A stretch of 64,000 nucleotides of DNA from Thermodesulfobacteriota bacterium (GCA_965215275.1 OZ244044.1:320001-384000); one strand, 5' to 3'; shown: positions 1-9,082, numbered from the stretch's first letter. Program-made: numbers and translations. Notes: generated from the letters alone by a model not told the origin.

Positions 1-1
1 A

Positions 2-3000
2 GAAGGGGTCTGGGATGATGGCATATCCGGTGCTGGAATTAACGTAGCTATTGTAAGTGACGGAATAGACCTTTCACATGAGGACCTTTCTGCAAACGTC
101 CGTTCCGGACTGAACTGGAGTTATTTTGAAGAAAACAATTCTGAAAGCGTTGATTTGTCTGACAATTCATCCTTTACCGGAACACGAGCGGCAGGTGTTA
201 TTGCAGCGACTGGATATAATGGTCTGGGAGTAAGAGGTGCAGCACATAAGGCAAGCATCTATAGTTATAAATTAGCTGGTAACTTCAGTGATGCGGACAT
301 AAAGGATGCAATGGTCCGTAATAAGGAAATAACAGCAGTATCGGTTAACGACTGGGGATATGAGGACGTAGTTTTTCTTCAGGGGGCTCTGGCTGCGTGG
401 GAAGAAGGAGTGGAACTTGGTATAAAGAAAGGGTTTTATGGTAAAGGGGTATTTTACGTCTGGGGAGCAGGGGACGGATATGAGAATAACGATCAGGCTA
501 ATTTTTCTGAATATTCAAATTACTACGGGGTAACGGCCGTGTGTTCAACAGACGGATTTGGAAAAAAGAGTACTTTCTCAGAAGAGGGAGTAAATCTTTG
601 GGTATGTGCACCTGGTTCTGATATTACAACCACTGATAACAACAACGATTACGTTGCAGCTTCCGGAACTGTCCTTTCAGCATCACAGGTTGGAGGAGTG
701 GCAGCACTGCTGAGAGAGATAAATGGAAATCTGAGCTGGAGGGATATAAAACTTATACTTGCAGGTTCAGCACGTCAGAACGATGTTTTTAACATAAGCT
801 GGGAGACTGGAGCAGTTAAATACGGCTCTGATACTGAAAGATATAAATACAGTTATAAATACGGATTTGGAACTGTAGACGCAGAAGCAGCTGCAGAGCT
901 TGCCAGAAGCTGGAAAGGTGTTGGAGAAATGAGGACAGTCAGCGCCTTTTCAGATAATGAAATAACAATCCCTGATGGAGAAGCAGATGGAGTTCTTGTT
1001 TCCAGGGTTACGGTGCCGGACCTTGAAGAGATCTTATTTACGGAGTTCGTGGAAGTTGAACTTGTTCTCTCGTGTGACTGCGTACAGGACCTTAATATAC
1101 AGATAACCTCTCCTTCCGGGACGGTATCTGAACTTGTAAGGGAGTCTGTCAGTGGAACTTCAGATGAAGAAAAGTGCGTCAGTTACCTGAGAAAAAAACA
1201 TCGTTTTGGGTCGGCTAAACACCTCGGAGAAGACCCTTCCGGAGAATGGACACTTAAGATCTCTGATACTGCTTCCGGAGATGAAAAAAATGGAAAAAAC
1301 ACTGTTACCTTACACTCATGGAGCATTAAGGTCTATGGACATAAGAAGGGTTTTTTTTCTCAGGACCTTGGCAGGGGAATAACTCCTAAACGTATAGAGT
1401 GGCCCTCTCAAGAGATAGGTGATCACGTGTATAGAACAGGGGTTGAAATAACACCATTAATGCTGCCTGTGGCAACGGGGTCTGGAACAATAAGCTACAG
1501 TATAGAGCCTCCTTTACCTGATGGATTGAGCTTGACCCGACCTTTTTTCCATATAATAACCGGAACACCCACTACTCCGCAGGAGAAGACTACGTATGGA
1601 TGGTTTGCTGAAGATGATGATGGGTCGAGTTTTGTTGGTTTTTCTATTACGATAAAAGACGTGCCGAGTTTCGGAGGTCAGACAATTAGTGATCAGGATT
1701 ATATAGTAGGGGTTCAGATACCACCATTAGTACTGCCTCGTGCAACGGGAGGGTCTGGAACATTAACCTATAATATAATACATGGTTGCTGCACTGGAGT
1801 ACCAACTGGATTGTTTTTTAACAGTGGTACCCGGAGAATATCTGGAACTCCTACTGCTGCATCGTCTGATACTTATACATACAGGGTAACGGACGAAGAT
1901 GGAGAGACGGCTGAACTTGAGTTCAGGATCAGTGTAAGAACTGAAAGTGAAATACCAAGCTTCGGCAGTCAGACGATAGATGATAAAGTGTATTATAATG
2001 GTGAAACAGTAACAGAAACGCTGCCTCAGGCAACGGGAGGGGATGGAACTTTAAGTTACAGTTTAACTCCTACTGGTACTTTACCTTTTCAGTTGGCGTT
2101 TATCACAGCTACCCGAACGATAAGTGGGACACTCAGTCTCAGGCCAGAGGCAATTCCTTGGACCAGGAGTTTTAAATATACCGTAAGAGACGCAGACTCA
2201 GATACGGGTGACGGTGATACTGACAGTCTGACCTTCTCTATTACGGTTGATGACAGAACACCGACATTCGGCAGTCAGACGGTAGAAAATCAGGTTTTTG
2301 TTAATGGTTCAGCAGTAACGTTAACGCTGCCTGAGGCAACGGGAGGGGATGGAACTTTAAATTACAGTTTAACTAATAGTATAGGTGATCCAATTAACAT
2401 TAATGGATTGGATTATAACGAAAACACCAGAACGTTAAGTGGAACGCTCAACGTTTCTCCAAGAGGATTACCTATAACTCAAACTTATACCTACAAGGTA
2501 ACTGACTCTGATACCAATACTGATGATGGAGATACGGATGAGTTAACGTTCAGTATCACTATACAAGAAGACAGCGTTCCAACCTTTGGTGGTGAGACGA
2601 TAGATGATCAGGTGTATATAGCAGGAAATCGAATAACGCCAGTAACACTGCCTGAGGCAACGGGAGGGAATGGAGATTTAACATACAGTTTTAACCCTGC
2701 TCTGCCTTCTGGATTGGATTTTAACCAGAACACCCGGGTGTTAAGTGGAATTCCAACTGCTGCAAGTGGTCAGGTTCTTTATACGTATACGGTAACGGAC
2801 GAAGATGGAAGTACAGATCATATACAGTTCAATATCACGACAGAGAATGACAGATTTCCAATCTTTGGCAGTAACAGCAGTATAAGTGATAAGGAGTACA
2901 CGGCAGGAGTTCAAATAACACCAGAAACGCTGCCTGCTGCAACAGGAGGAAATACTCCATTAACTTACAGTATAACTCCTACATTACCAATTGGATTGGA

Positions 3001-3883
3001 GTTTAATAACAACACCCGAGTGTTAAGTGGAACACCAACTACTGCAACGAGCAGGACTACTTATACATATACGGTAGAAGACGCAAATGGAGACAGAAAC
3101 AGGTTGACGTTCAGGATCACAGTAAGAGCAGCAGAACCAGACACGGAACCGAGCTTCGGCAGTGAGACAATCCCTAATCAGGGTTATGTAAAAGATCATA
3201 CAATAACACCGGTAACGCTGCCTCGTGCAACGGGAGGAAATGCTCCATTAACTTATGGTATAACTCCTTCTTTACCTTCTGGATTGAACTTTAACACAGC
3301 TACCCGAGTGATAAGTGGAACACCGACCACTGCAACGCCTGAGAATACTTACACGTATACGGTTACTGATATAGATGGAGATACTCGCAGTTTGACGTTC
3401 AGGATCACAGTAAGGACTGACGGCGCACCAACCTTTGGCAATGAGACAATTCGTGCTCAGTCTTATGTAATAAGGAGTCCAATAAGACCATTAACGCTGC
3501 CTGTGGCAACGGGAAGAAATGCTCCATTAACTTACAGTTTAGCTCCTGCTTTACCTGCTGGATTGAGCTTTAACGCAAACACCCGACGGATCAGTGGAAC
3601 ACCCAATACTGTGACAAGCAGGAGAACTTATACATATACGGTAACGGACAGTAATGGAGAGACGGATGAGTTGAGTTTCACGATCAGGGTAACTGCTCCT
3701 CAGTCGCCAACGCCACCAGGAGGAACAAGAACATCAGGTACTGATGCAGGCGGTGGTGGTGGGTGTGCGGTCTCCGATCAGAACAGCGTTGTTTCCGGTC
3801 TGCTCGGAGCAGTGGCATGTCTTATACTTATACCTGTATCAGTAATTATCAGAAGGAAGAGAAGACATCAGATAAAGACTTAG
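2..3883 (+). CDS. Surface-anchored S8/kexin-like pseudo-peptidase with P-domain, multiple putative Ig-like (He_PIG-type) repeats and GGGGGC-TM-RRKRR tail; 5' end lies before the window
   Basis: Frame is open from base 2 (EGVWDDGISGAGINVAIVSDGIDLSHEDL...). Kexin-like motifs LSWRDIKLIL and YGFG, P-domain (SPSGT...GEWTLKI), repeated LPxATGG...LPxGLxF...SGTPT...YTYTVTD units. Confidence 0.85.
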   Translation, partial: EGVWDDGISGAGINVAIVSDGIDLSHEDLSANVRSGLNWSYFEENNSESVDLSDNSSFTGTRAAGVIAATGYNGLGVRGAAHKASIYSYKLAGNFSDADIKDAMVRNKEITAVSVNDWGYEDVVFLQGALAAWEEGVELGIKKGFYGKGVFYVWGAGDGYENNDQANFSEYSNYYGVTAVCSTDGFGKKSTFSEEGVNLWVCAPGSDITTTDNNNDYVAASGTVLSASQVGGVAALLREINGNLSWRDIKLILAGSARQNDVFNISWETGAVKYGSDTERYKYSYKYGFGTVDAEAAAELARSWKGVGEMRTVSAFSDNEITIPDGEADGVLVSRVTVPDLEEILFTEFVEVELVLSCDCVQDLNIQITSPSGTVSELVRESVSGTSDEEKCVSYLRKKHRFGSAKHLGEDPSGEWTLKISDTASGDEKNGKNTVTLHSWSIKVYGHKKGFFSQDLGRGITPKRIEWPSQEIGDHVYRTGVEITPLMLPVATGSGTISYSIEPPLPDGLSLTRPFFHIITGTPTTPQEKTTYGWFAEDDDGSSFVGFSITIKDVPSFGGQTISDQDYIVGVQIPPLVLPRATGGSGTLTYNIIHGCCTGVPTGLFFNSGTRRISGTPTAASSDTYTYRVTDEDGETAELEFRISVRTESEIPSFGSQTIDDKVYYNGETVTETLPQATGGDGTLSYSLTPTGTLPFQLAFITATRTISGTLSLRPEAIPWTRSFKYTVRDADSDTGDGDTDSLTFSITVDDRTPTFGSQTVENQVFVNGSAVTLTLPEATGGDGTLNYSLTNSIGDPININGLDYNENTRTLSGTLNVSPRGLPITQTYTYKVTDSDTNTDDGDTDELTFSITIQEDSVPTFGGETIDDQVYIAGNRITPVTLPEATGGNGDLTYSFNPALPSGLDFNQNTRVLSGIPTAASGQVLYTYTVTDEDGSTDHIQFNITTENDRFPIFGSNSSISDKEYTAGVQITPETLPAATGGNTPLTYSITPTLPIGLEFNNNTRVLSGTPTTATSRTTYTYTVEDANGDRNRLTFRITVRAAEPDTEPSFGSETIPNQGYVKDHTITPVTLPRATGGNAPLTYGITPSLPSGLNFNTATRVISGTPTTATPENTYTYTVTDIDGDTRSLTFRITVRTDGAPTFGNETIRAQSYVIRSPIRPLTLPVATGRNAPLTYSLAPALPAGLSFNANTRRISGTPNTVTSRRTYTYTVTDSNGETDELSFTIRVTAPQSPTPPGGTRTSGTDAGGGGGCAVSDQNSVVSGLLGAVACLILIPVSVIIRRKRRHQIKT

Positions 3884-3929
3884 TAATGTGGGATCCTTTC
3901 CAAGGCACCTGACGGGTGAGAATTTCCTG

Positions 3930-4072
3930 AATAAATATCTTCAGTAAAAGAAACTTTATACTGAATGGAAAAGATTATGCTACCAATGGGTCCTGAAGAT
4001 ATTATAAGCCGGAAGGGAACGGAAGAGGGAAGTATCCCTCACTCAGAACAGTGTGTTAAGTATATAAAGCCG
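3930..4072 (+). mobile_element. Decayed tnpB 3'/omegaRNA-like segment followed by an IS1595-type right end (TTAAGTATATAAAGCCG)
   Basis: CACTCAGAACAGT (4040-4052) is identical to the tnpB 3' end (reverse complement of 7542-7554). The translation LPM...G..HSEQ parallels the TnpB C-terminus. The end at 4056-4072 matches 56676-56692. Confidence 0.55.
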
Positions 4073-4091
4073 AAAAAATACGGACCCTTTG

Positions 4092-4754
4092 TTATCTTCT
4101 CACAGTAATTACCGTTCTTTCATGGTCGCTGAACGGAAGTTTGAACTTTATCCTGTCGGTCACAAGACGGTATTTTTCCTCCCTGCCGAACCCGCCGGTA
4201 AAGGACTTCCATTCCCGCTCACCGTCCTTTCCTCGCATGAGCACCACTTCTCCATCTTCTTTAACATAAGGAAGGGATATATCCAAAACCTCTTTAATGC
4301 CCCCTACTGCTCTGGTAACAACAAAATCAAAAGGACCTTTTATCAGTTTATCGTCCTCGGCGCTGCCTGCCCTTGCTGCAACTGCTGCTGCAGTTTTCAG
4401 TTCCAGATGCCTTATTACCTCTTTCATAAATATCACTTTCTTTTCGGCCGAATCAAGAAGGGTTACGTTCAGACCGGAATTAACGATGGAGAGAGGAATT
4501 CCTGGAAATCCCCCTCCGGAACCTATATCCAGCACGTCGGCCTCGGTATTCAGCAGTCTCCAGATGGACAGAGAGTCCAGAAAGTGTTTAATAACTATCT
4601 CTTTTTCATCCGTCAGGGAAGTAAGGTTTATCCGTCTGCTCCACTGCTTCAGCAGCCGTGCATAAACTGCGAATTTTTCGACCTGATCGTCACTTAACTC
4701 TGTCCCGAGTTCTATCGCCCCTTCTTTAAGTAAATTTAAACCCGCTGAACTCAA
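4092..4754 (-). CDS. rsmG: 16S rRNA m7G527 methyltransferase
   Basis: INLTS...KHFLDSL, LDIGSGGGFPGIPL, VTRAV motifs. Confidence 0.95.
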   Translation of the reverse strand: MSSAGLNLLKEGAIELGTELSDDQVEKFAVYARLLKQWSRRINLTSLTDEKEIVIKHFLDSLSIWRLLNTEADVLDIGSGGGFPGIPLSIVNSGLNVTLLDSAEKKVIFMKEVIRHLELKTAAAVAARAGSAEDDKLIKGPFDFVVTRAVGGIKEVLDISLPYVKEDGEVVLMRGKDGEREWKSFTGGFGREEKYRLVTDRIKFKLPFSDHERTVITVRR

Positions 4755-5563
4755 TCCAGTACCCTGATCGATATGGGATGCTCCACTATTATCCGAGGCG
4801 AACCCCTGTACATTTTTATACGTCCAACCACTTCAACGTACCTTTTCAGATAGAACTCCGAAGGCTCGATCCCAAAAAATCTGAAATTATCCAGGTCGCT
4901 CCTGAAAAATACCAGACCCAGCAGGTCTTCCATTTTCATCACCGTCAGCCTGTTTTTCTTCTCGGACAGTTCAGTTACCCTGCCCCTTACCACAACGCTT
5001 TTATTGATATGGTCCCTGACGTCTGCCGGACTGATCAGAAAACGTCCGTTGTCCCCCGGGACCTTAAAACTGCCCGGGTCGCCCCATATCCCCCTTCTTT
5101 CCCTCTTTGCCTCCTGCTGGGCCTTGAGGATCCTGTCCTTGTACTTTCTGTTCTTACCTATGAACAAAGTCCTTGCCAGACCCCTTCTTACGAGCTCTTC
5201 ATTGACAAAGGTCCCATCCACAAAAACGTATCCGAGCAGCCTTCCATAGCGGCCATACTTTTCCCGGTCGAACTCTACCGTTACTGACCTTCCTCCCACT
5301 AACTTTTTGTTCAGGTCCGTGGACCTCTGAGAAAAAGGCTCTCCCGGTGAACGGCTTGAAAGTTTCTCAGGTGCATCTATCCCCAGATATCTGAGCCTTT
5401 TGACCTTCGGATGATCTATCGTAATGGTATCCCCGTCATAAACTTCCAGGACGTTATAGCTGCTTTTTATCCCCGCGCTTGAGCAGGAGAAAAAAAGCAG
5501 GAAAAGCAATACAAAATATATTATGTAGTTTCTGAAATATCCTTTATAACTTGTTATTATCAT
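4751..5563 (-). CDS. Thermonuclease (SNase) family lipoprotein with C-terminal OB-fold
   Basis: VYDGDTI, RYLGIDAPE, YGRLLGYV, VNEELVRRGLA motifs; N-terminal lipobox-like FFSC. Confidence 0.85.
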   Translation of the reverse strand: MIITSYKGYFRNYIIYFVLLFLLFFSCSSAGIKSSYNVLEVYDGDTITIDHPKVKRLRYLGIDAPEKLSSRSPGEPFSQRSTDLNKKLVGGRSVTVEFDREKYGRYGRLLGYVFVDGTFVNEELVRRGLARTLFIGKNRKYKDRILKAQQEAKRERRGIWGDPGSFKVPGDNGRFLISPADVRDHINKSVVVRGRVTELSEKKNRLTVMKMEDLLGLVFFRSDLDNFRFFGIEPSEFYLKRYVEVVGRIKMYRGSPRIIVEHPISIRVLD

Positions 5564-6342
5564 TATGAACTGTTTTTCCTGTTAATTTTTCTTCCAACTG
5601 TAATAAACCCCGTGTGACCAACTATCCTGTCGATCGGTCTGGTCCTTCCCGGTCGCACGAGATAGTTCCTCAGGATGATCTCAAAGGTCTCCGTAAAGAC
5701 AAATCCCTCGTTACGCATGTGAACGGCGGTCTCCTCCACCTGATTTACCGTTGGTGACAGGCTGACAAGTCTGCCTCCTCCTTTCAGCGACTGGTAAGCC
5801 GAGCGAATTCCGTGCCAGGGAGATGGAAGGTCCAGAACGGCCGCGTCCGCTTCTCTCTGATCAAAGCCGTCCCTTGCGTCCCTGGACTTGATCTCGACCC
5901 GGTCCTCAAGCCCTGCCTCCGTTATGTTCTTCTCTGCATTCCTGAGGAACCTCTCTCTTATTTCGTAAATACAGAGCTTTCCCGTGGGACCAACGGCGTT
6001 TGCCAGAGGTATGGAAAGTGCACCGGAACCCGCTCCGCACTCAATGACCGTGCTGCCACTTGATATACCCGCCTTCAGAACGATCATCGCCGCATCTTTA
6101 GGATATATGATCTGGGTCAGCCTCTTTACCTTCATCATCCTGTCTTCCACCGTCGGTTCAAGAAGGGCAAAACTCTGATGCAGGGACGAAGTAACAAGAT
6201 CACCGACTTCCTTTCCTATTATATCGTTAAACTCCAGTATCCCTTTACTGGTATGGAATTTCCCGTCCGGTTCGACCTTCAGCAGGTAGGTCCTTTCATC
6301 CGGGTCCAGTATCAAAACCCTGTCATTTGGTCTGATCTTCAT
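5563..6342 (-). CDS. trmI: tRNA (adenine-N1)-methyltransferase
   Basis: TQIIYPKD, ECGAGSGALS, LDLPSPW, GHTGF motifs; start moved to the ATG at 6342. Confidence 0.9.
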   Translation of the reverse strand: MKIRPNDRVLILDPDERTYLLKVEPDGKFHTSKGILEFNDIIGKEVGDLVTSSLHQSFALLEPTVEDRMMKVKRLTQIIYPKDAAMIVLKAGISSGSTVIECGAGSGALSIPLANAVGPTGKLCIYEIRERFLRNAEKNITEAGLEDRVEIKSRDARDGFDQREADAAVLDLPSPWHGIRSAYQSLKGGGRLVSLSPTVNQVEETAVHMRNEGFVFTETFEIILRNYLVRPGRTRPIDRIVGHTGFITVGRKINRKNSS

Positions 6343-7495
6343 CTGAAGTACCGTTCTCAAATATCGTATATATTAAAAATCCCGCAAAGACAAGTATCCC
6401 CGCGATCATATACATAACTGGAAATCCCCAGTATTTAGCCAGTATTCCAAGAGGGAAGGCAATATAGTTTATCCCGAGGCTGAACGAACCATTGAACGCC
6501 CCCATGGCCTTTCCCCTTTCAGAAGCAGATGCCCTGTCTATTATTATCGCACTGATCGTCGGGTATAAAAAACCATACCCGAAACTGAACAGAAAGGAGA
6601 TCAGAACCGCCGTGTACAGCGAATCAATGGTAAACACGAATATAAGCGACAGGGACATCAGAAGAATACTTGGAGCGGCTATGAACTTCCTGTTGAACAT
6701 ATCGGAGACCTTGCTCCCAAAAACGCGGATGGCTATCACAGTGACCGAATAGGTAAGGAAGAACGCGGACACGTTAAAGCTCTTGGACCTCAGAAAGACC
6801 GAAAAGAAATGGAGCATACTTCCAAGCCCGCATGCTATGATAAGGTTAGTGAACAGTATGAGCCTGTACCTTCGTGACCCTATCAGGTGAAAAAAGGCCA
6901 AGGCAGAACTGCCATCTGACCTTGTAAATCGTCCGTCCTGTGCAAACAGCGTAAGAAGCACCGCAACAAGGCCGAACGAAGAAGCGTAAAGAAAGAAAAC
7001 GTCAAATCCGAAACCGCTTACGACCAGTTCACCGACCGAAGGACCTATCGCGTACGACATTATCGTAAAGGCACCGAAAACCCCGAGGCCATGTGCCCTT
7101 ACCTCCTGGGGTACGTTATCTGAGACCAGAGTGCTCGCAGAGGTAAAAAAGAACGCAAATCCGACCCCCTGTACAAGCCTGAGGAAATAGATCGCCACTC
7201 CGATCTCCGAGATGAACAGGAACGAAAGCGTGGAAAAAAAGGTCAACACACCTCCAAATATGATGAAGTACTTTCGCCCGTACGTGTCTATCAGATGAGA
7301 GACCAGCGGGATCGACGCAAGGGACGTAATACCGAAAGTACCCATTATATAGCCGATCTCCGCTTCATCCCCACCTAACCCCTTTATAAAGAGCGGCAGC
7401 AGGAAGAAAGCTGAAAAATTACAGAAGAAGAAAAAATTGGCCAGCGTGACCAAGGTGAAATTCCTTTTCTGGATCTCGTCAAGACCTGAGAGCAT
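6323..7495 (-). CDS. MFS transporter
   Basis: About 12 hydrophobic segments; DTYGRK motif A. Confidence 0.9.
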   Translation of the reverse strand: MLSGLDEIQKRNFTLVTLANFFFFCNFSAFFLLPLFIKGLGGDEAEIGYIMGTFGITSLASIPLVSHLIDTYGRKYFIIFGGVLTFFSTLSFLFISEIGVAIYFLRLVQGVGFAFFFTSASTLVSDNVPQEVRAHGLGVFGAFTIMSYAIGPSVGELVVSGFGFDVFFLYASSFGLVAVLLTLFAQDGRFTRSDGSSALAFFHLIGSRRYRLILFTNLIIACGLGSMLHFFSVFLRSKSFNVSAFFLTYSVTVIAIRVFGSKVSDMFNRKFIAAPSILLMSLSLIFVFTIDSLYTAVLISFLFSFGYGFLYPTISAIIIDRASASERGKAMGAFNGSFSLGINYIAFPLGILAKYWGFPVMYMIAGILVFAGFLIYTIFENGTSDEDQTK

Positions 7496-7533
7496 TGTAT
7501 ATTTTAGGGAATTATATAGTTAAGTTGACAAAC

Positions 7534-8757
7534 TTACCCATACTGTTCTGAGTGCAGAGTTCCTCTATCCCTGTTCTCTTTTGATCTGATACTCTTAGCA
7601 CTCATCGGGAGTATTGCTACCTTATTCCCGCCCGACATGAAGTCTCCTTCATTAAGAGTATTAATATTTTTACCTGCGTTTATATCCCTGTCTTCCGAAT
7701 AACCGCAATACATACAGTTAAATACTCGTTGATACAGAGGCAGTTTTGGATTTACCTTTCCGCATTCAGAACAGGTTCTTGTTATATAATGAGCTTTAAC
7801 TAAAACCAGCTTGCCTCCAGCTATCTCGGCTTTGTAAGCAAGTTGATGTTTGATCTTACCCCATTGCTGTTCTGTTATGGATTTAGCAAGATGATGGTTC
7901 TTTACCATTCCTTGTATATTCAAATCCTCTAATTTTATATGATTACACTTCTTTACTATATTGGTGGTCATTCTGTGTATAGCGTTATTTTCACGATCGG
8001 TAGTTCGTTCCCATTCCTTCGCTAACGATAAAACTTTCTTCTTTCTGCTGTCAGAACCTTTTACCGCTCTTGAAACAATTTTTTGCTTTCGTTTAAGTTC
8101 CTTCCTGTCTATCCTGATACCGGGAACTTTAGTTCCATCTGAAAAAGCTAATCTGTTTGTTATTCCAAAATCTATCCCTATGGATTTATCCAAAGGTCTC
8201 TTCTTCTCATCTGTAAACTCACACAGAAACTGGAGCTTAATTCTTAACGAACTTTGAATTACTCTTATTATTGTTTTAGGTGCTTTCAAACAAACACACT
8301 CTGGCATACTACCTTTGAAAGATAATCTGCCAAGTCCCTTTATCGTTAAATATGTTCTTCTGCCTGTCTTCTTTATGTTTTTATAATTGTTTGTTTCAAA
8401 TGAACGAACTGGTCTGTTTGGACTTTTATATTTAGGTCTGCCAACCTTCCCTACCTTCTTACCTGCTTTCTTATTCCTTAAATAGCTCAAATAAGGACTA
8501 TATGCATTATCCAGTCTTTCCAGAACGCTTCTTTGAGCTACCGCATTAAACTTTTCGAATCCCTTGTCTTGCTCTCGGACCTCAGTCAACTGATTAAACT
8601 GTTCGTATTTAGAGATAGTTCTTTCATACCAATCCCAGGATCTTAACCTATGGTACAAGGCACTGTTATACAGATCGGTAAGCTGATTTAAGAATTCATC
8701 CAGTCTTTTATGAAAACCACTATCTGCCTTTACAGTTCGTGTAATCGTTCTGATCAC
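7534..8757 (-). CDS. tnpB: RNA-guided endonuclease TnpB
   Basis: N-terminal LYNSAL, GRPKYK, RuvC-I GIDFG, RuvC-II LEDL, zinc finger CSECG/CMYCG, RuvC-III DRDINA. Confidence 0.93.
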   Translation of the reverse strand: MIRTITRTVKADSGFHKRLDEFLNQLTDLYNSALYHRLRSWDWYERTISKYEQFNQLTEVREQDKGFEKFNAVAQRSVLERLDNAYSPYLSYLRNKKAGKKVGKVGRPKYKSPNRPVRSFETNNYKNIKKTGRRTYLTIKGLGRLSFKGSMPECVCLKAPKTIIRVIQSSLRIKLQFLCEFTDEKKRPLDKSIGIDFGITNRLAFSDGTKVPGIRIDRKELKRKQKIVSRAVKGSDSRKKKVLSLAKEWERTTDRENNAIHRMTTNIVKKCNHIKLEDLNIQGMVKNHHLAKSITEQQWGKIKHQLAYKAEIAGGKLVLVKAHYITRTCSECGKVNPKLPLYQRVFNCMYCGYSEDRDINAGKNINTLNEGDFMSGGNKVAILPMSAKSIRSKENRDRGTLHSEQYG

Positions 8758-8764
8758 TACTGTA

Positions 8765-8793
8765 ATACTACCATTTTCCTACCAATTTTACAA
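8765..8793 (-). promoter_or_regulatory. Putative sigma70 promoter for a leaderless tnpB transcript
   Basis: Minus strand TTGTAA-17 nt-TAGTAT, 7 nt before the GTG start; no RBS next to the start. Confidence 0.5.
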
Positions 8794-8882
8794 GTTCTTT
8801 CTTGTCAACTTAACTATATAATTCCCTTTTTTACACAGGGGATTTAAGCTTTGTATATAACCGGCCTTATAAAGGCTTAGTT

Positions 8883-8910
8883 TTGACAAGATACTTATCA
8901 GTGATATATT
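8883..8910 (+). promoter_or_regulatory. Putative promoter of the tRNA pair
   Basis: TTGACA-16 nt-TATATT with upstream TG, just before tRNA-Lys. Confidence 0.6.
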
Positions 8911-8924
8911 GTTGCTTCAAATTT

Positions 8925-8998
8925 GAGCCGTTAGCTCAGCTTGGTAGAGCAACTGCCTTTTAAGCAGTGGGTCACAGGTTCGAATCCTGTACGGCTCA
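8925..8998 (+). tRNA. tRNA-Lys(TTT), CCA not encoded
   Basis: Acceptor stem GAGCCGT/ACGGCTC, anticodon loop CTTTTAA, T-loop TTCGAAT. Confidence 0.95.
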
Positions 8999-9004
8999 TT
9001 TGAA

Positions 9005-9082
9005 GTCCCCGTCGTCTAGCCAGGTCCAGGACATCGGCCTTTCACGCCGGTAACAGGGGTTCAAATCCCCTCGGGGACGCCA
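9005..9082 (+). tRNA. tRNA-Glu(TTC)
   Basis: Acceptor stem GTCCCCG/CGGGGAC, anticodon loop CTTTCAC, T-loop TTCAAAT, CCA end. Confidence 0.95.

Larger units (their letters stand above)
7507..8826 (-). mobile_element. Non-autonomous element with perfect 25-bp terminal inverted repeats (IS1595-type ends) carrying only tnpB
   Basis: GGGAATTATATAGTTAAGTTGACAA at 7507-7531 and its exact reverse complement at 8802-8826; AT-rich flanks TATTTTA / TTTTTTA. Confidence 0.85.

Noticed and set aside
1600..3700. Repeated ~280-300 bp units as a possible CRISPR array or DGR
   Set aside because: They are in-frame, diverged Ig-like coding repeats with no constant repeat-spacer pattern, and no cas or reverse transcriptase gene is present.
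7507..8826. Ordinary IS200/IS605 (IS1341-type) element
   Set aside because: No tnpA and no subterminal hairpin that I could identify; long perfect inverted repeats instead. The TCAA near the tnpB end is part of the repeat shared with the IS1595 remnant. A nested insertion is not fully excluded.
8850..8866. TGTATATAACCGG as another element end
   Set aside because: Short match with no partner found.
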